Virus record (IMG/VR): IMGVR_UViG_3300047319_001547
Location: 31,061-95,060 of that record
Source of the DNA: a virus
Direction: 5' to 3' (one strand)
DNA: 64,000 bases
The notes under the pieces are model-generated. The model saw nothing but the letters and a program-made list of their open reading frames with translations, had not been told where the DNA came from and did no database searches. Positions 9,963 to 18,401 of the stretch are shown here, one piece after another. Each line of letters begins with the position of its first letter. The stretch's first letter is position 1. A program made the position numbers and the translations under genes.

Positions 9963-9966
9963 GGGT

Positions 9967-9982
9967 TGGAACTCGAGTTCCA
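9967..9982. repeat. Palindrome copy 2 (intergenic)
   Basis: Exact match; symmetry extends to 20 bp (GTTGGAACTCGAGTTCCAAC). Confidence 0.97.
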
Positions 9983-9992
9983 ACTTGATTCT

Positions 9993-10021
9993 TTGCGGGC
10001 CCCGCCCACCGCCGCTAGGGT
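9993..10021 (+). promoter_or_regulatory. Putative promoter TTGCGG-17-TAGGGT (leaderless)
   Basis: ATG 10029 lies 7 nt after the -10; no SD. Confidence 0.45.
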
Positions 10022-10028
10022 TTTGCTC

Positions 10029-10292
10029 ATGGCAACGTTCATCCTCATGAACACGGTGCGGCTGAAGGGGGCGAGCGGACCGATCGTTCTGACTGCCGGA
10101 CGCACGATCGACGACGCGAAGACCCCCACCGCCCCCATCACGGCGGCCGGCGGAGTTCTCGCCGCGACGGCCGACACGTCGGTCGCTGCAGCCGCGGTTC
10201 TCGCCGTCAAGATGAAGAAGGGCGGCCGCGACTACTGGGAGATGAACGACGTCATGCTGGCGGCGGGGCTGAAGCAGCTCGGCCTGACCTGA
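10029..10292 (+). CDS. Hypothetical protein
   Basis: MATFILMNTVRLKG...; strong GC3 bias. Confidence 0.6.
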   Translation: MATFILMNTVRLKGASGPIVLTAGRTIDDAKTPTAPITAAGGVLAATADTSVAAAAVLAVKMKKGGRDYWEMNDVMLAAGLKQLGLT

Positions 10293-10302
10293 GAGGCTCC
10301 CC

Positions 10303-10605
10303 GTGAGCACTCCGTTCAAGAACATGAAGGGCGGCAGCGCCCCGGCGGGATTCGAAGGCGGCGCCAAGCAGGCACCGCGACCCCGCCACAACGCCGCCGA
10401 GACGGCGAAGCACGCGCAGGACGAGGGCGAGACCCTGGTCGAGGCGGCCGCCGAGGAGATGGTGCCGGACTACGAGGTGTCGAGTGCGACGCCGCACGAG
10501 GCCGGGCAGTCTCACGGCGAGGGTCACGCTCAGCGTCCGACGTACGAGCGATCAAACCCGTGGCCGGACGCGAAGCCGGTCGCGCACAAGCCCTTCAAGG
10601 TCTGA
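10303..10605 (+). CDS. Small disordered protein
   Basis: ORF ending AHKPFKV. Confidence 0.55.
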   Translation: MSTPFKNMKGGSAPAGFEGGAKQAPRPRHNAAETAKHAQDEGETLVEAAAEEMVPDYEVSSATPHEAGQSHGEGHAQRPTYERSNPWPDAKPVAHKPFKV

Positions 10606-10670
10606 GGCTCTGCTTCTTTGCCGGGCCGCGCGCGGCGCGCTACGGATTTCTGGAGAGCAAGGAGACGACC

Positions 10671-11039
10671 ATGGGTGACGGCAAGAGCAATCCCTTCGGC
10701 AGCGGCAAGAGCGGAGCCGACGGCAACAAGTCGGGCGGAAGCTCGGCCGGCATGTCGGGTCACCGCGGTCCCGAGCGCTCGCAGAAGATGGGCGAGAGCA
10801 CCACCGGGCAGTTCGACGGCGACCGTCCCCCGACGGGCGACAAGTACCTGAAGGTCGACCCCCCGACGGACCGCAAGGGTCTGGTGGGGCAGAAGGCGGA
10901 CGACAAGGGCGGGATGAAGCACAAGCCCTTCAAGCTCGGTGGAAAAGGTCCGTCGATGGGCGGCGAGAACTCCGACTCTGATCTCGAAGGCGGAGTCGGC
11001 GATCTCCGCGACGAGCCGACGCCCGACGAAGGGTTCTGA
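10671..11039 (+). CDS. Small Gly/Lys/Asp-rich disordered protein
   Basis: AAGGAG RBS; contains KHKPFKL. Confidence 0.6.
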   Translation: MGDGKSNPFGSGKSGADGNKSGGSSAGMSGHRGPERSQKMGESTTGQFDGDRPPTGDKYLKVDPPTDRKGLVGQKADDKGGMKHKPFKLGGKGPSMGGENSDSDLEGGVGDLRDEPTPDEGF

Positions 11040-11044
11040 CCGCC

Positions 11045-11470
11045 GTGCCGGGGCTGACGCTCGAAGCGAACCTGACGGAGACGCCCCCGAGCAGCTCCGA
11101 CAGTCCCTTTCCGTCCGCCACGACGACGATCCCGTTCGGCCTCAGCACGGCGCCGCAGCCCAAGCAGGTTCAGGCATCGACGGGGCGGACGCTCCGCACC
11201 CTCAACTCGCCGTCTGCGTTCGTCACGCTCGACAACATCGGCACGGGACTCGACGTCACGCAGGCGTCGACGTTCTACATGCGGGTCCGCAGCGGCGGCT
11301 TTCAGGTGCGGCTCACGTACGCGAATCCGCTGGGCGGATCGATCATCGCCATCACGCCGCTGGCGGGCGTGATGCTGATCGAGCCCGACGCCGGCGGTGG
11401 GTTCTTCATCACGAAGGTCGAACTTCAGGGATCCGGCCAGTACGAGCTGTATGCGTCCGGGTCGCTGTGA
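11045..11470 (+). CDS. Hypothetical head-module protein
   Basis: ORF in head operon. Confidence 0.55.
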   Translation: MPGLTLEANLTETPPSSSDSPFPSATTTIPFGLSTAPQPKQVQASTGRTLRTLNSPSAFVTLDNIGTGLDVTQASTFYMRVRSGGFQVRLTYANPLGGSIIAITPLAGVMLIEPDAGGGFFITKVELQGSGQYELYASGSL

Positions 11471-11482
11471 CGTCGCAGTAAA

Positions 11483-11511
11483 TTGGCACCGCGCGGGCGC
11501 GACCCTAGCAT
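11483..11511 (+). promoter_or_regulatory. Putative promoter TTGGCA-17-TAGCAT
   Basis: Close to sigma70 consensus; upstream of AAGGAG and ATG 11540. Confidence 0.5.
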
Positions 11512-11539
11512 CCGCTGAAGACACTCCAAGGAGATACCG

Positions 11540-12304
11540 ATGGCCCTGAATCCGCTCCCGACCGCAAACACGCTCAAGCAGCGACTCGACGCCGCTGACC
11601 TGAACACGCTCGCGGACGCGATGCGGGTTCTGGGATTCGGCACGGTTCTGCGTCAGATGGTCGGCGTCCTCAGGCGTCAGAACCCGTTCGCGCAGCCCGC
11701 GAGCCCGTACGATCTCGCGACCCTCAAGGTCATCCAGCTTCCGGACGACGCGAAGGCGATGAGCATCGACCCCGGTGCGGCCGCACCCGCGTACGTTCGC
11801 ACCCAGGACGCTTCGGCGTCGACCGGAGCAGCGGGCGTCTACACCTACAAGACGCCGGCCGGAACGACTGCGACGACCGGCACGGTCGGCATCACGCCCG
11901 CCGGCAACATCGCGTTCCTCGCGACCGACGCCCCGAACGACGTCGACCTCGAGTACAACGTCTTCGTCGGCGACATGGTGGAGCTCACCCTCAACGCGGT
12001 CGCCGGCACTGGCGTCTGCGCGCTTCCGGCCAGCGTGGTCGGGGCAGGCCCCGGCAAGGGCGCGGGACCCGGCGTGCTGTTCATGTCGGAAGCTGAGATT
12101 CTGGTCGGCACGGCGGTCGGCAAGAAGATCGTTCTCGTTCCCGCGGCGGGCGCACCCGCGGCAGGAAACGCACGGCTCGACGTCGCGAAGCTCAACGTCC
12201 AGTTCGCAGTGGCGGACGGCGCGACAAGCGTGCGGGTGAAGCTGATGACCTGCAGCAAGATCGACGTGAACGCGCTGCTCGAGGCTGCGTCGCCCGTCCT
12301 CTGA
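11540..12304 (+). CDS. Probable head decoration/structural protein
   Basis: Strong RBS; own promoter and terminator; Ala/Gly/Val-rich; in head module. Confidence 0.55.
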   Translation: MALNPLPTANTLKQRLDAADLNTLADAMRVLGFGTVLRQMVGVLRRQNPFAQPASPYDLATLKVIQLPDDAKAMSIDPGAAAPAYVRTQDASASTGAAGVYTYKTPAGTTATTGTVGITPAGNIAFLATDAPNDVDLEYNVFVGDMVELTLNAVAGTGVCALPASVVGAGPGKGAGPGVLFMSEAEILVGTAVGKKIVLVPAAGAPAAGNARLDVAKLNVQFAVADGATSVRVKLMTCSKIDVNALLEAASPVL

Positions 12305-12323
12305 TTCTGTCGACTCTGACCCC

Positions 12324-12357
12324 GCGGCGCCTCGCAGAAATGCCAGGCGCCGCTTTT
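12324..12357 (+). terminator. Rho-independent terminator
   Basis: GCGGCGCCT...AGGCGCCGC followed by TTTT. Confidence 0.7.
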
Positions 12358-12406
12358 CATTTGGGGTGCCTCCGTGAGACATTCGCGGTTCGAGGAGGCC
12401 ACCAAC

Positions 12407-13294
12407 ATGACGACTGCTGCTGCCGCGACTGAAGGCAAACCGGGCGAAGTCCCGGCCGCCGAACCCCCCAAGCCCGCCGCCGAACCCCCCAAGCCGCCCG
12501 CAGTGGTGGCCCCGGTGGTGCCGGCCGCCGAACCCCCCAAACCCGCCGCGCAGGAAGCGCCCGTGGAGCTCGCCGACGACGCCGAGCCGAAGCCCGGCCA
12601 GCGCATCTCGATGACGAGCGAGGCGATGCGCAAGCGCATCGAGCGCGGCACGAAGGCGAGCCTGAAGGAGGAGTTCGGGACCGACGATCCGAAGGTGCTG
12701 AAGGACAAGCTCGCGCGGCTCGACAAATTCGAAGCCGACGCCGAGGCGTCCCGTCAGGCGCAGCTCACCAAGGAGCAGAAGCTCGAAGAGAAGGCGACGG
12801 CCGCCGAGCAGCGCGCCACCGCGGCCGAGCAGCGCGCCCTCGAGGTCGAAGAGCAGCACGAGGTCAGCCAGGCCGACACGGCGCTGCGCGACAGCCTGAA
12901 GGACACCATCAAGCCGAAGTACTGGCGCCACGTGCGCGAGGACCTGGCGACCTGGCTGTCGGAGAATCACGACCCCGAGAAGCTCGACGCCATGAACGAC
13001 TCGGATCGCGAGAAGATCGTGACCGACTGGGCGGCTGCGTACGCGAAGGAGAACCCCGAGTTCGCCGTCACGGCCGCGATTCCCGTGCCAGAACCGAAGC
13101 CCGCGGTGGCTGCGAAGGTGCCGCTGACGAACGGCGTGACGAACCCCCAGGGGCGCGGCGCGAATGCCAAGCCGACGCCCGTCGCGATCGCCACCGGGAA
13201 GTTCGCCGGCAAGACGGCGGCTCCCGGGCATCCGAACTCGATGAGTCCTGCCGAATTCGCCGAGTGGAAGCGCGCCACCGGCAACAACTTCTGA
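12407..13294 (+). CDS. Capsid scaffolding protein
   Basis: PAAEPPK repeats and charged coiled coil, directly upstream of the capsid gene; GAGGAGG RBS. Confidence 0.7.
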   Translation: MTTAAAATEGKPGEVPAAEPPKPAAEPPKPPAVVAPVVPAAEPPKPAAQEAPVELADDAEPKPGQRISMTSEAMRKRIERGTKASLKEEFGTDDPKVLKDKLARLDKFEADAEASRQAQLTKEQKLEEKATAAEQRATAAEQRALEVEEQHEVSQADTALRDSLKDTIKPKYWRHVREDLATWLSENHDPEKLDAMNDSDREKIVTDWAAAYAKENPEFAVTAAIPVPEPKPAVAAKVPLTNGVTNPQGRGANAKPTPVAIATGKFAGKTAAPGHPNSMSPAEFAEWKRATGNNF

Positions 13295-13317
13295 CGGCCA
13301 CACCTCGCCGTCAGCAG

Positions 13318-13350
13318 GGGCGCACCGGAGAGATCTGGTGCGCCCTTTTT
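13318..13350 (+). terminator. Rho-independent terminator
   Basis: GGGCGCACCGGA-gaga-TCTGGTGCGCCC followed by TTTTT. Confidence 0.75.
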
Positions 13351-13563
13351 ATTTTCGTCGATCAGGATCTTTGCGCGCCCTCTGACGCTCTCTGATTCTG
13401 GGCGGGACGAGACACCCACAAGGCCAGTGAGCCGAAAGCCCAGCACCTCGAACACGCGCACGCCGGCGGTCAACAGGCGGATCCTTCGGGGGGTCGGGCA
13501 GCAAGCACCAGCAGGCAGGCGTCTCCAAGCGAAGTTTTCGACGAAACCCCGGAGGATCGACCG

Positions 13564-14955
13564 ATGTCCGTTCTGCTGCTCGTGCCGCCCGCGATTCAGG
13601 AGCTGAATCAGCAAGGAGCGATCGAACGCGCCTTCCACGACGCGCTGTTCCCCAACCTGGCGTTCCGCGCCGAAGCGATGGCCGAAGAGTGGCCCGCCAA
13701 CACCGGCCAAGAGATCTTCCAGAGCCGCCCCGGGCTGATCCCCCCGAAGACGACCCCGCTCGTCCCCGGACAGGATCCGGTCCCGAGCGTCGTCCCCTAC
13801 GAGCAGTGGAAGGCCGTGCTGGCCCAGTTCGGCGACGCAGTCGACACCCACATGCCGACCGCCATCACGAGCAACGCGAACTTGTTCCTCAGGAACATCC
13901 AGCAGCTCGGACTCGGCGCCGGCCAGTCGATCAACCGCGTGGCCCGCAATCAGCTTTTCCAGAGCTATCTCTCGGGCAACACCCTGACGAACGCCGCCGT
14001 GTCGGCTGCCGCGACCGCGATCCACGTCGCGAGCGTGAACGGCTTCACGGACGTGATCGTCCCTGGTGTGAACGTCGCCCCGAAGCCCGTCAGCCCCTCG
14101 ACGCCGCTTGCTGCCGTCATCGGCATCTCGCCGACGTTCGAGACGGTTCAGATCGTCGGCTTCGTGCTCGACAACCCGGCCGACCCGGTCGGTCCCGGCA
14201 CGCTGCTTCTCGCCGCCGGTCTTGTGAACGGCTACGCGACCCGCAGCTCGGTCAAGAGCGTCAACGCCCCCCGCATCGTCCGCTCGGGCGGCGGCGCGAC
14301 GGTCGACGCCATCGGGCCGTCCGACACGCTCCTGCTCCAGGACTGCATCAACGCGGTCGCGCTCCTGCGGCGCGCCAACATCCTGCCGCACGAGGATGGC
14401 TACTACCACGCGCACATCAGCCCGCTCGCGAACGCTCAGGTGTTCGCCGACCCGGTCTTCCAGCGCCTCAACACCGCGCTGCCCGAGGGGGTCATGTACT
14501 CCCAGGGATTCATCGGCCACATCTCGGGCGTGATGTTCTTCATGAACACCGAGGCGCCGGACCCCACCAACACCGGGACGCGCGTCCTCACGGGCACCAA
14601 CGCGTTCTACAGCCCCGACATCGGGGCCGAGACGACCAACGACAGCGGCGTCGACATCGGGCGCGTGATCGTGACCGGCAAGGGAGCTCTCTACGAGCGC
14701 TACCTCGACGAGTCGCAGTACGTGACGGAGGCCGGCACTGTCGGAAAGATCGGCGAGTTCGACGTCGTGAACAACGGCATCACGATCCTGACGGAGCGCA
14801 TCCGCCTCGTCATCCGCGCGCCGCTTGACCGCCTGCAGCAAGTCGTGAGCTCCGCCTGGAGCATCTCGACGTCGTTCCCGGTTCCGTCCGACATCACGGC
14901 GACGACCGGGCCGGAGCGCTTCAAGCGCAGCATCGTTCTCGAGCACGCGCTCTGA
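13564..14955 (+). CDS. Major capsid protein
   Basis: 463 aa after the scaffold; PLDRLQQ..S.AW C-terminal motif; followed by a terminator. Confidence 0.8.
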   Translation: MSVLLLVPPAIQELNQQGAIERAFHDALFPNLAFRAEAMAEEWPANTGQEIFQSRPGLIPPKTTPLVPGQDPVPSVVPYEQWKAVLAQFGDAVDTHMPTAITSNANLFLRNIQQLGLGAGQSINRVARNQLFQSYLSGNTLTNAAVSAAATAIHVASVNGFTDVIVPGVNVAPKPVSPSTPLAAVIGISPTFETVQIVGFVLDNPADPVGPGTLLLAAGLVNGYATRSSVKSVNAPRIVRSGGGATVDAIGPSDTLLLQDCINAVALLRRANILPHEDGYYHAHISPLANAQVFADPVFQRLNTALPEGVMYSQGFIGHISGVMFFMNTEAPDPTNTGTRVLTGTNAFYSPDIGAETTNDSGVDIGRVIVTGKGALYERYLDESQYVTEAGTVGKIGEFDVVNNGITILTERIRLVIRAPLDRLQQVVSSAWSISTSFPVPSDITATTGPERFKRSIVLEHAL

Positions 14956-14986
14956 GATACCCGCGCCTGACGGCGCGAATCAGGAG

Positions 14987-15017
14987 GGCCCGCCCGGCGA
15001 AAGCTCGGCGGGCCTTT
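14987..15017 (+). terminator. Terminator hairpin after the capsid gene
   Basis: GGCCCGCC...GGCGGGCC-TTT, between convergent genes. Confidence 0.6.
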
Positions 15018-15024
15018 CGTCATT

Positions 15025-15246
15025 TCAGCCGAGATGAACGCGAAGCGTGAAGAGCTCTTGCTCGAGTTCTGCGATTCGTTCATCGCGGGCGATGAGGGTG
15101 GCCAGCAGTTTCGGAACGATTCTCGGCGCCGCAAAGTGCCAGTCGACCGCCGCCGCATGGGACAACCCCAAGTTCTGGAGTTCCGAGGCGTTCAGTGGAC
15201 CGAATTCGCGCGCATCCAGCGCCATCGATTGAGATCGTCTGGGCAC
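15025..15246 (-). CDS. Small antisense hypothetical protein
   Basis: Coiled-coil-like C-terminus ARDERIAELEQEL; alternative start 15225. Confidence 0.4.
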   Translation of the reverse strand: MPRRSQSMALDAREFGPLNASELQNLGLSHAAAVDWHFAAPRIVPKLLATLIARDERIAELEQELFTLRVHLG

Positions 15247-15265
15247 GTCTGCTGGATGCCGCCGT

Positions 15266-15433
15266 CTAGTCGGCGGAGTCGGCGCCCGCGTCGCAGTCGC
15301 GCACCATCGCGGTGCTGCCCGGCAGCTCGACGATCACGCATTTGATCTCGATCTTCGGCTCCGGCACGTCGACCTTCTCGACTCGGAGCGTGCAGGCGGA
15401 GAGGAGGATCATGAGCGCAGCGATTGACCGCAT
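15266..15433 (-). CDS. 55-aa lipoprotein (absent from ORF track)
   Basis: MRSIAALMILLSAC lipobox; AGAGGA upstream. Confidence 0.6.
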   Translation of the reverse strand: MRSIAALMILLSACTLRVEKVDVPEPKIEIKCVIVELPGSTAMVRDCDAGADSAD

Positions 15434-15508
15434 GCGTCCAATCCTCTCATTGCAGCTTTGGCGGGGCTCGTGACCCGTGAGACGCTCGGCTCACGAGGAG
15501 GCACGAAG

Positions 15509-16054
15509 ATGAGAAACGCGACTAAGGCAGGAGGGCCGCAGATGCCCGGGGGGGCGTCTGGCGCGCCGCAGGTGGCGGCAGCCGGGATGCAGCAGGCGGG
15601 GGTCGGGATGGTGAAGCCGCAGGCGTCTGCCGGTCACGGGCCGCCTCCGCGCGAGCCAGTGAGGTACCGGGTGATGAACGGCGGGACGATCGTCTGGCAC
15701 GGCTGCCGGACGCCCCTGAGGGCCGGCAAAGAGATCTCCGACGCTCAGTACGACATCACGCTGCTGAAGCGCCAGGGGATCCGGCTCGCCCGCATCGACC
15801 AGGACGGCGAAGAGGAGTACGTGGAGCGCGGGGGCGAGATCACGCGCGACACCCACGGGGTGAGGCGCTCCGAGGTGCTGGTGCCGGGATCTCCCGAGGC
15901 GATCTCCCAGGGGAATCAGTGGGAGAAAGAGCGCAAGTCCGCGGAGGCTTGGGAGGCCGAGAAGAAGAAGGCGAAGGCGGAGGGACGCGAGCCCGATCAG
16001 AAGCTCTCCGCCCCGACGCTGTCGGATCCGAAACCCCAGTTCGCGAAGGCTTGA
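15509..16054 (+). CDS. Hypothetical head-associated protein
   Basis: GAGGAGG RBS; lies between capsid and neck genes. Confidence 0.6.
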   Translation: MRNATKAGGPQMPGGASGAPQVAAAGMQQAGVGMVKPQASAGHGPPPREPVRYRVMNGGTIVWHGCRTPLRAGKEISDAQYDITLLKRQGIRLARIDQDGEEEYVERGGEITRDTHGVRRSEVLVPGSPEAISQGNQWEKERKSAEAWEAEKKKAKAEGREPDQKLSAPTLSDPKPQFAKA

Positions 16055-16059
16055 CCTAG

Positions 16060-16458
16060 ATGCCTGGACCGTCCGGCGAAGAGCGCGTGAAGATCAGGAT
16101 GCACCTGGGGTACCTCAACGTGCAGATGGCCTTCACGTTCGTCTTGGGGGTGCCGGCCGCGGTCCAGACGCAGTTCACCGTCGAAGGCGCGATGGACCGA
16201 CTGCTGCTCGACGCCGAGCCGGAGATGCGCCGCCACCTGAGGATCCTCGACAAGATCCAGGACCAGATGGTGGACGACCTCGAGCTGCTGGCGGTAGAGG
16301 GGATCGACGAGATCAAGATCCGCAAGGACGAGCAGGCGGCCCTCTGGGATCAGTACGAGCAGTGGCGCCGGGGACTTGCGAACCTGTTCGGAATCGCGCC
16401 CAATCCGTTCGACCAGCGGCTGAAGTCGAAGGGCGTCAACGTCGCGCGGACACACTGA
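16060..16458 (+). CDS. Probable head-tail adaptor
   Basis: 132 aa, helical; E.VKIR.HLGY start; position. Confidence 0.55.
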   Translation: MPGPSGEERVKIRMHLGYLNVQMAFTFVLGVPAAVQTQFTVEGAMDRLLLDAEPEMRRHLRILDKIQDQMVDDLELLAVEGIDEIKIRKDEQAALWDQYEQWRRGLANLFGIAPNPFDQRLKSKGVNVARTH

Positions 16459-16461
16459 TGC

Positions 16462-16477
16462 TGGAACTCGAGTTCCA
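16462..16477. repeat. Palindrome copy 3 (intergenic)
   Basis: Exact match, 3 nt after a TGA. Confidence 0.97.
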
Positions 16478-16508
16478 GGCCCCCTCGAAAGGCGATAAGG
16501 TGACCGAC

Positions 16509-16775
16509 ATGATGACCGGCGTGAAAATGCTGTTTCTGGGTTCTCTAGCGGCGCTCTGCGCCGGATGCCTCAACACGCCCGCCAAGGTGGTGGAGACGAC
16601 CGTCCTGACGGCCGAGATGACGACCTGCATCCTGGAGCACGTCACGGACCAGCTCCCCGCCATCCTGGTCGAGTGCAACATCCCGAAGGCGCTCGCCGAC
16701 GAGGTGAAGGTGCTCGACACGGCGAACAAGAAGATGGCGGCCAAGAAGGCTGCCGCCTGCGCGGGCGCGAAGTAA
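16509..16775 (+). CDS. Putative lipoprotein
   Basis: KMLFLGSLAALCAGC lipobox-like signal. Confidence 0.55.
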   Translation: MMTGVKMLFLGSLAALCAGCLNTPAKVVETTVLTAEMTTCILEHVTDQLPAILVECNIPKALADEVKVLDTANKKMAAKKAAACAGAK

Positions 16776-16785
16776 CGTCTGGGGC

Positions 16786-16902
16786 GTGTGGTCGATCTCT
16801 GAACTCACCGCCGCGAAGCTGAAGTACTTCGCCGCCGGGCTGACGCTGGCGGGCGCCATCTGGTGCTTCGCGCACGCGTGGTCGGTCGGGTGGGCGCAGT
16901 GA
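16786..16902 (+). CDS. 38-aa single-TM peptide
   Basis: Hand translation: ...KYFAAGLTLAGAIWCFAHAW... Confidence 0.4.
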   Translation: MWSISELTAAKLKYFAAGLTLAGAIWCFAHAWSVGWAQ

Positions 16903-16994
16903 TCCCGGTCGTGCGATTCGTCATCGGCGCGGTGCTGCTTGCCGGCGCCCTTCTGTTCGTCGTCCGGGCGAACTTTCAGAACCGGAGGCGCTGA
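16899..16994 (+). CDS. 31-aa single-TM peptide
   Basis: GTGA coupling; MIPVVRFVIGAVLLAGALLFVVRANFQNRRR. Confidence 0.45.
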   Translation: MIPVVRFVIGAVLLAGALLFVVRANFQNRRR

Positions 16995-16995
16995 G

Positions 16996-17622
16996 GTGCC
17001 GCGCCCCAGACCGCTGAGCGACGGCGAGGCGCGCCGGACTCTCGCCCACCGACTGGGGGGAAGGGTCGACCGCCTCCGGCAGTTCGCCACCCGGCTCGGC
17101 ATCCGGCCGTATCGCTGCTGGCTTCACTGGACGAAGTGGACCGGGGCGGAGCGCGGCCAGGGGCGCGAGGTCGAGATCCCGGGCGGTCTGATGGAGATCC
17201 TGCCGACCCCGAAGATCAAGAACCTCGACCAGGGCAGCTACCAGTTCTTCTCGGGCGGCGTGCTGCCGGTCGGGAGCGTGAGGGTTCAGCAGATCAGCGT
17301 GAACTACACGGCCGACCAGCTGACCGGGCTGGCGGTGCCGACGGCCGACTTCACGGAGGACAACAACCCGCCGCGCCGGCGGAGCGCGCGCGAGCTGCCA
17401 GCCAAGCCGTCCAACATCGACCTGCCGCACCCGTTCGACTTCTGCTGGGAGATCGCCGAGGACGAGCGTGGGGACGACCCGGCGGCGCGCCACAAGTTCC
17501 GCCTGCTGTCGTGGCCGTGGCGCGACGCGGGGGGCGTCCAGTGGAGCGTGCTGCTCGAACGCGTCTCGAACGACGAGAACCGCGACGGAACGCTCGACAG
17601 CGGGTTCGATCAGGATCGCTGA
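16996..17622 (+). CDS. Probable head closure/neck protein
   Basis: Position in the neck region; coupled to the next gene. Confidence 0.5.
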   Translation: MPRPRPLSDGEARRTLAHRLGGRVDRLRQFATRLGIRPYRCWLHWTKWTGAERGQGREVEIPGGLMEILPTPKIKNLDQGSYQFFSGGVLPVGSVRVQQISVNYTADQLTGLAVPTADFTEDNNPPRRRSARELPAKPSNIDLPHPFDFCWEIAEDERGDDPAARHKFRLLSWPWRDAGGVQWSVLLERVSNDENRDGTLDSGFDQDR

Positions 17623-18326
17623 TGGGACTCTTCAACACGCTGCGCCGGATGATCGTCGGCACCCTCTGGGGGGACGTCGTGCCGGAGAAGTCCGAGCCGC
17701 CCAAGCAGCCGCTCGACGCGCGCCAGTGGGCAATTTCGGCGCTGCTCGACTACATCGCGACGATCCGCTTTCAGATCGACAACTCGCCCGCGCCCCCGAA
17801 GGCGTTCCAGATCGCGCGCGAGAACCTGCTGGACGAGTGGCCGGACAACATGGACACGCTGGTGTTCCCGTCGATCGCGGTGCTGCCGGGCGAGCCGATC
17901 ATCACGCCGCGCGGGATGTCGAACTCGATCGACGAGTCGACGCTGGACGTGTTCGGGATCGGGACCGCCGTGCTGCCGATCCACGAGCACCAGGAGCGGA
18001 TCGTCCTGGAGGTCTGGGCGACAACGCGCTTCATGCGGGCCGCCATCGTGGCGGGACTGCAGTCGGCGTTCGACGCCTCCGAGGAGATGAGCGGGATCCG
18101 CATTCCGCTCCCCCACTACTTCGGCCAGGTGGCGCGCTTCACCCTCGAGGGGGACGCGCGGGTCGACGACGAGAACAGCGCGCGCCGCCGGCGGCGGCAG
18201 CGCATGACGGTCCGGATGGAGGTCGACGTCGTTCGACTGGTCAACACCGTGCCGATCCTGCCCGAGACCGAAGTGGTGGTGGTGGGGCCGCTCGACTCGC
18301 TCGACGGCTCGCCCCCCACCCCCTGA
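17622..18326 (+). CDS. Probable tail completion/terminator protein
   Basis: FPSIAV motif; directly before the sheath. Confidence 0.55.
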   Translation: MGLFNTLRRMIVGTLWGDVVPEKSEPPKQPLDARQWAISALLDYIATIRFQIDNSPAPPKAFQIARENLLDEWPDNMDTLVFPSIAVLPGEPIITPRGMSNSIDESTLDVFGIGTAVLPIHEHQERIVLEVWATTRFMRAAIVAGLQSAFDASEEMSGIRIPLPHYFGQVARFTLEGDARVDDENSARRRRRQRMTVRMEVDVVRLVNTVPILPETEVVVVGPLDSLDGSPPTP

Positions 18327-18362
18327 AACGTGCAAGCCAGAAATCCGAGCCCTAGCCTGGGC

Positions 18363-18378
18363 TGGAACTCGAGTTCCA
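18363..18378. repeat. Palindrome copy 4 (intergenic)
   Basis: Exact match, 4 nt downstream of a TAGCCT -10, covering the predicted TSS of the sheath gene. Confidence 0.97.
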
Positions 18379-18401
18379 GGCGGACAGGGGAAAGCTGAGC
18401 C

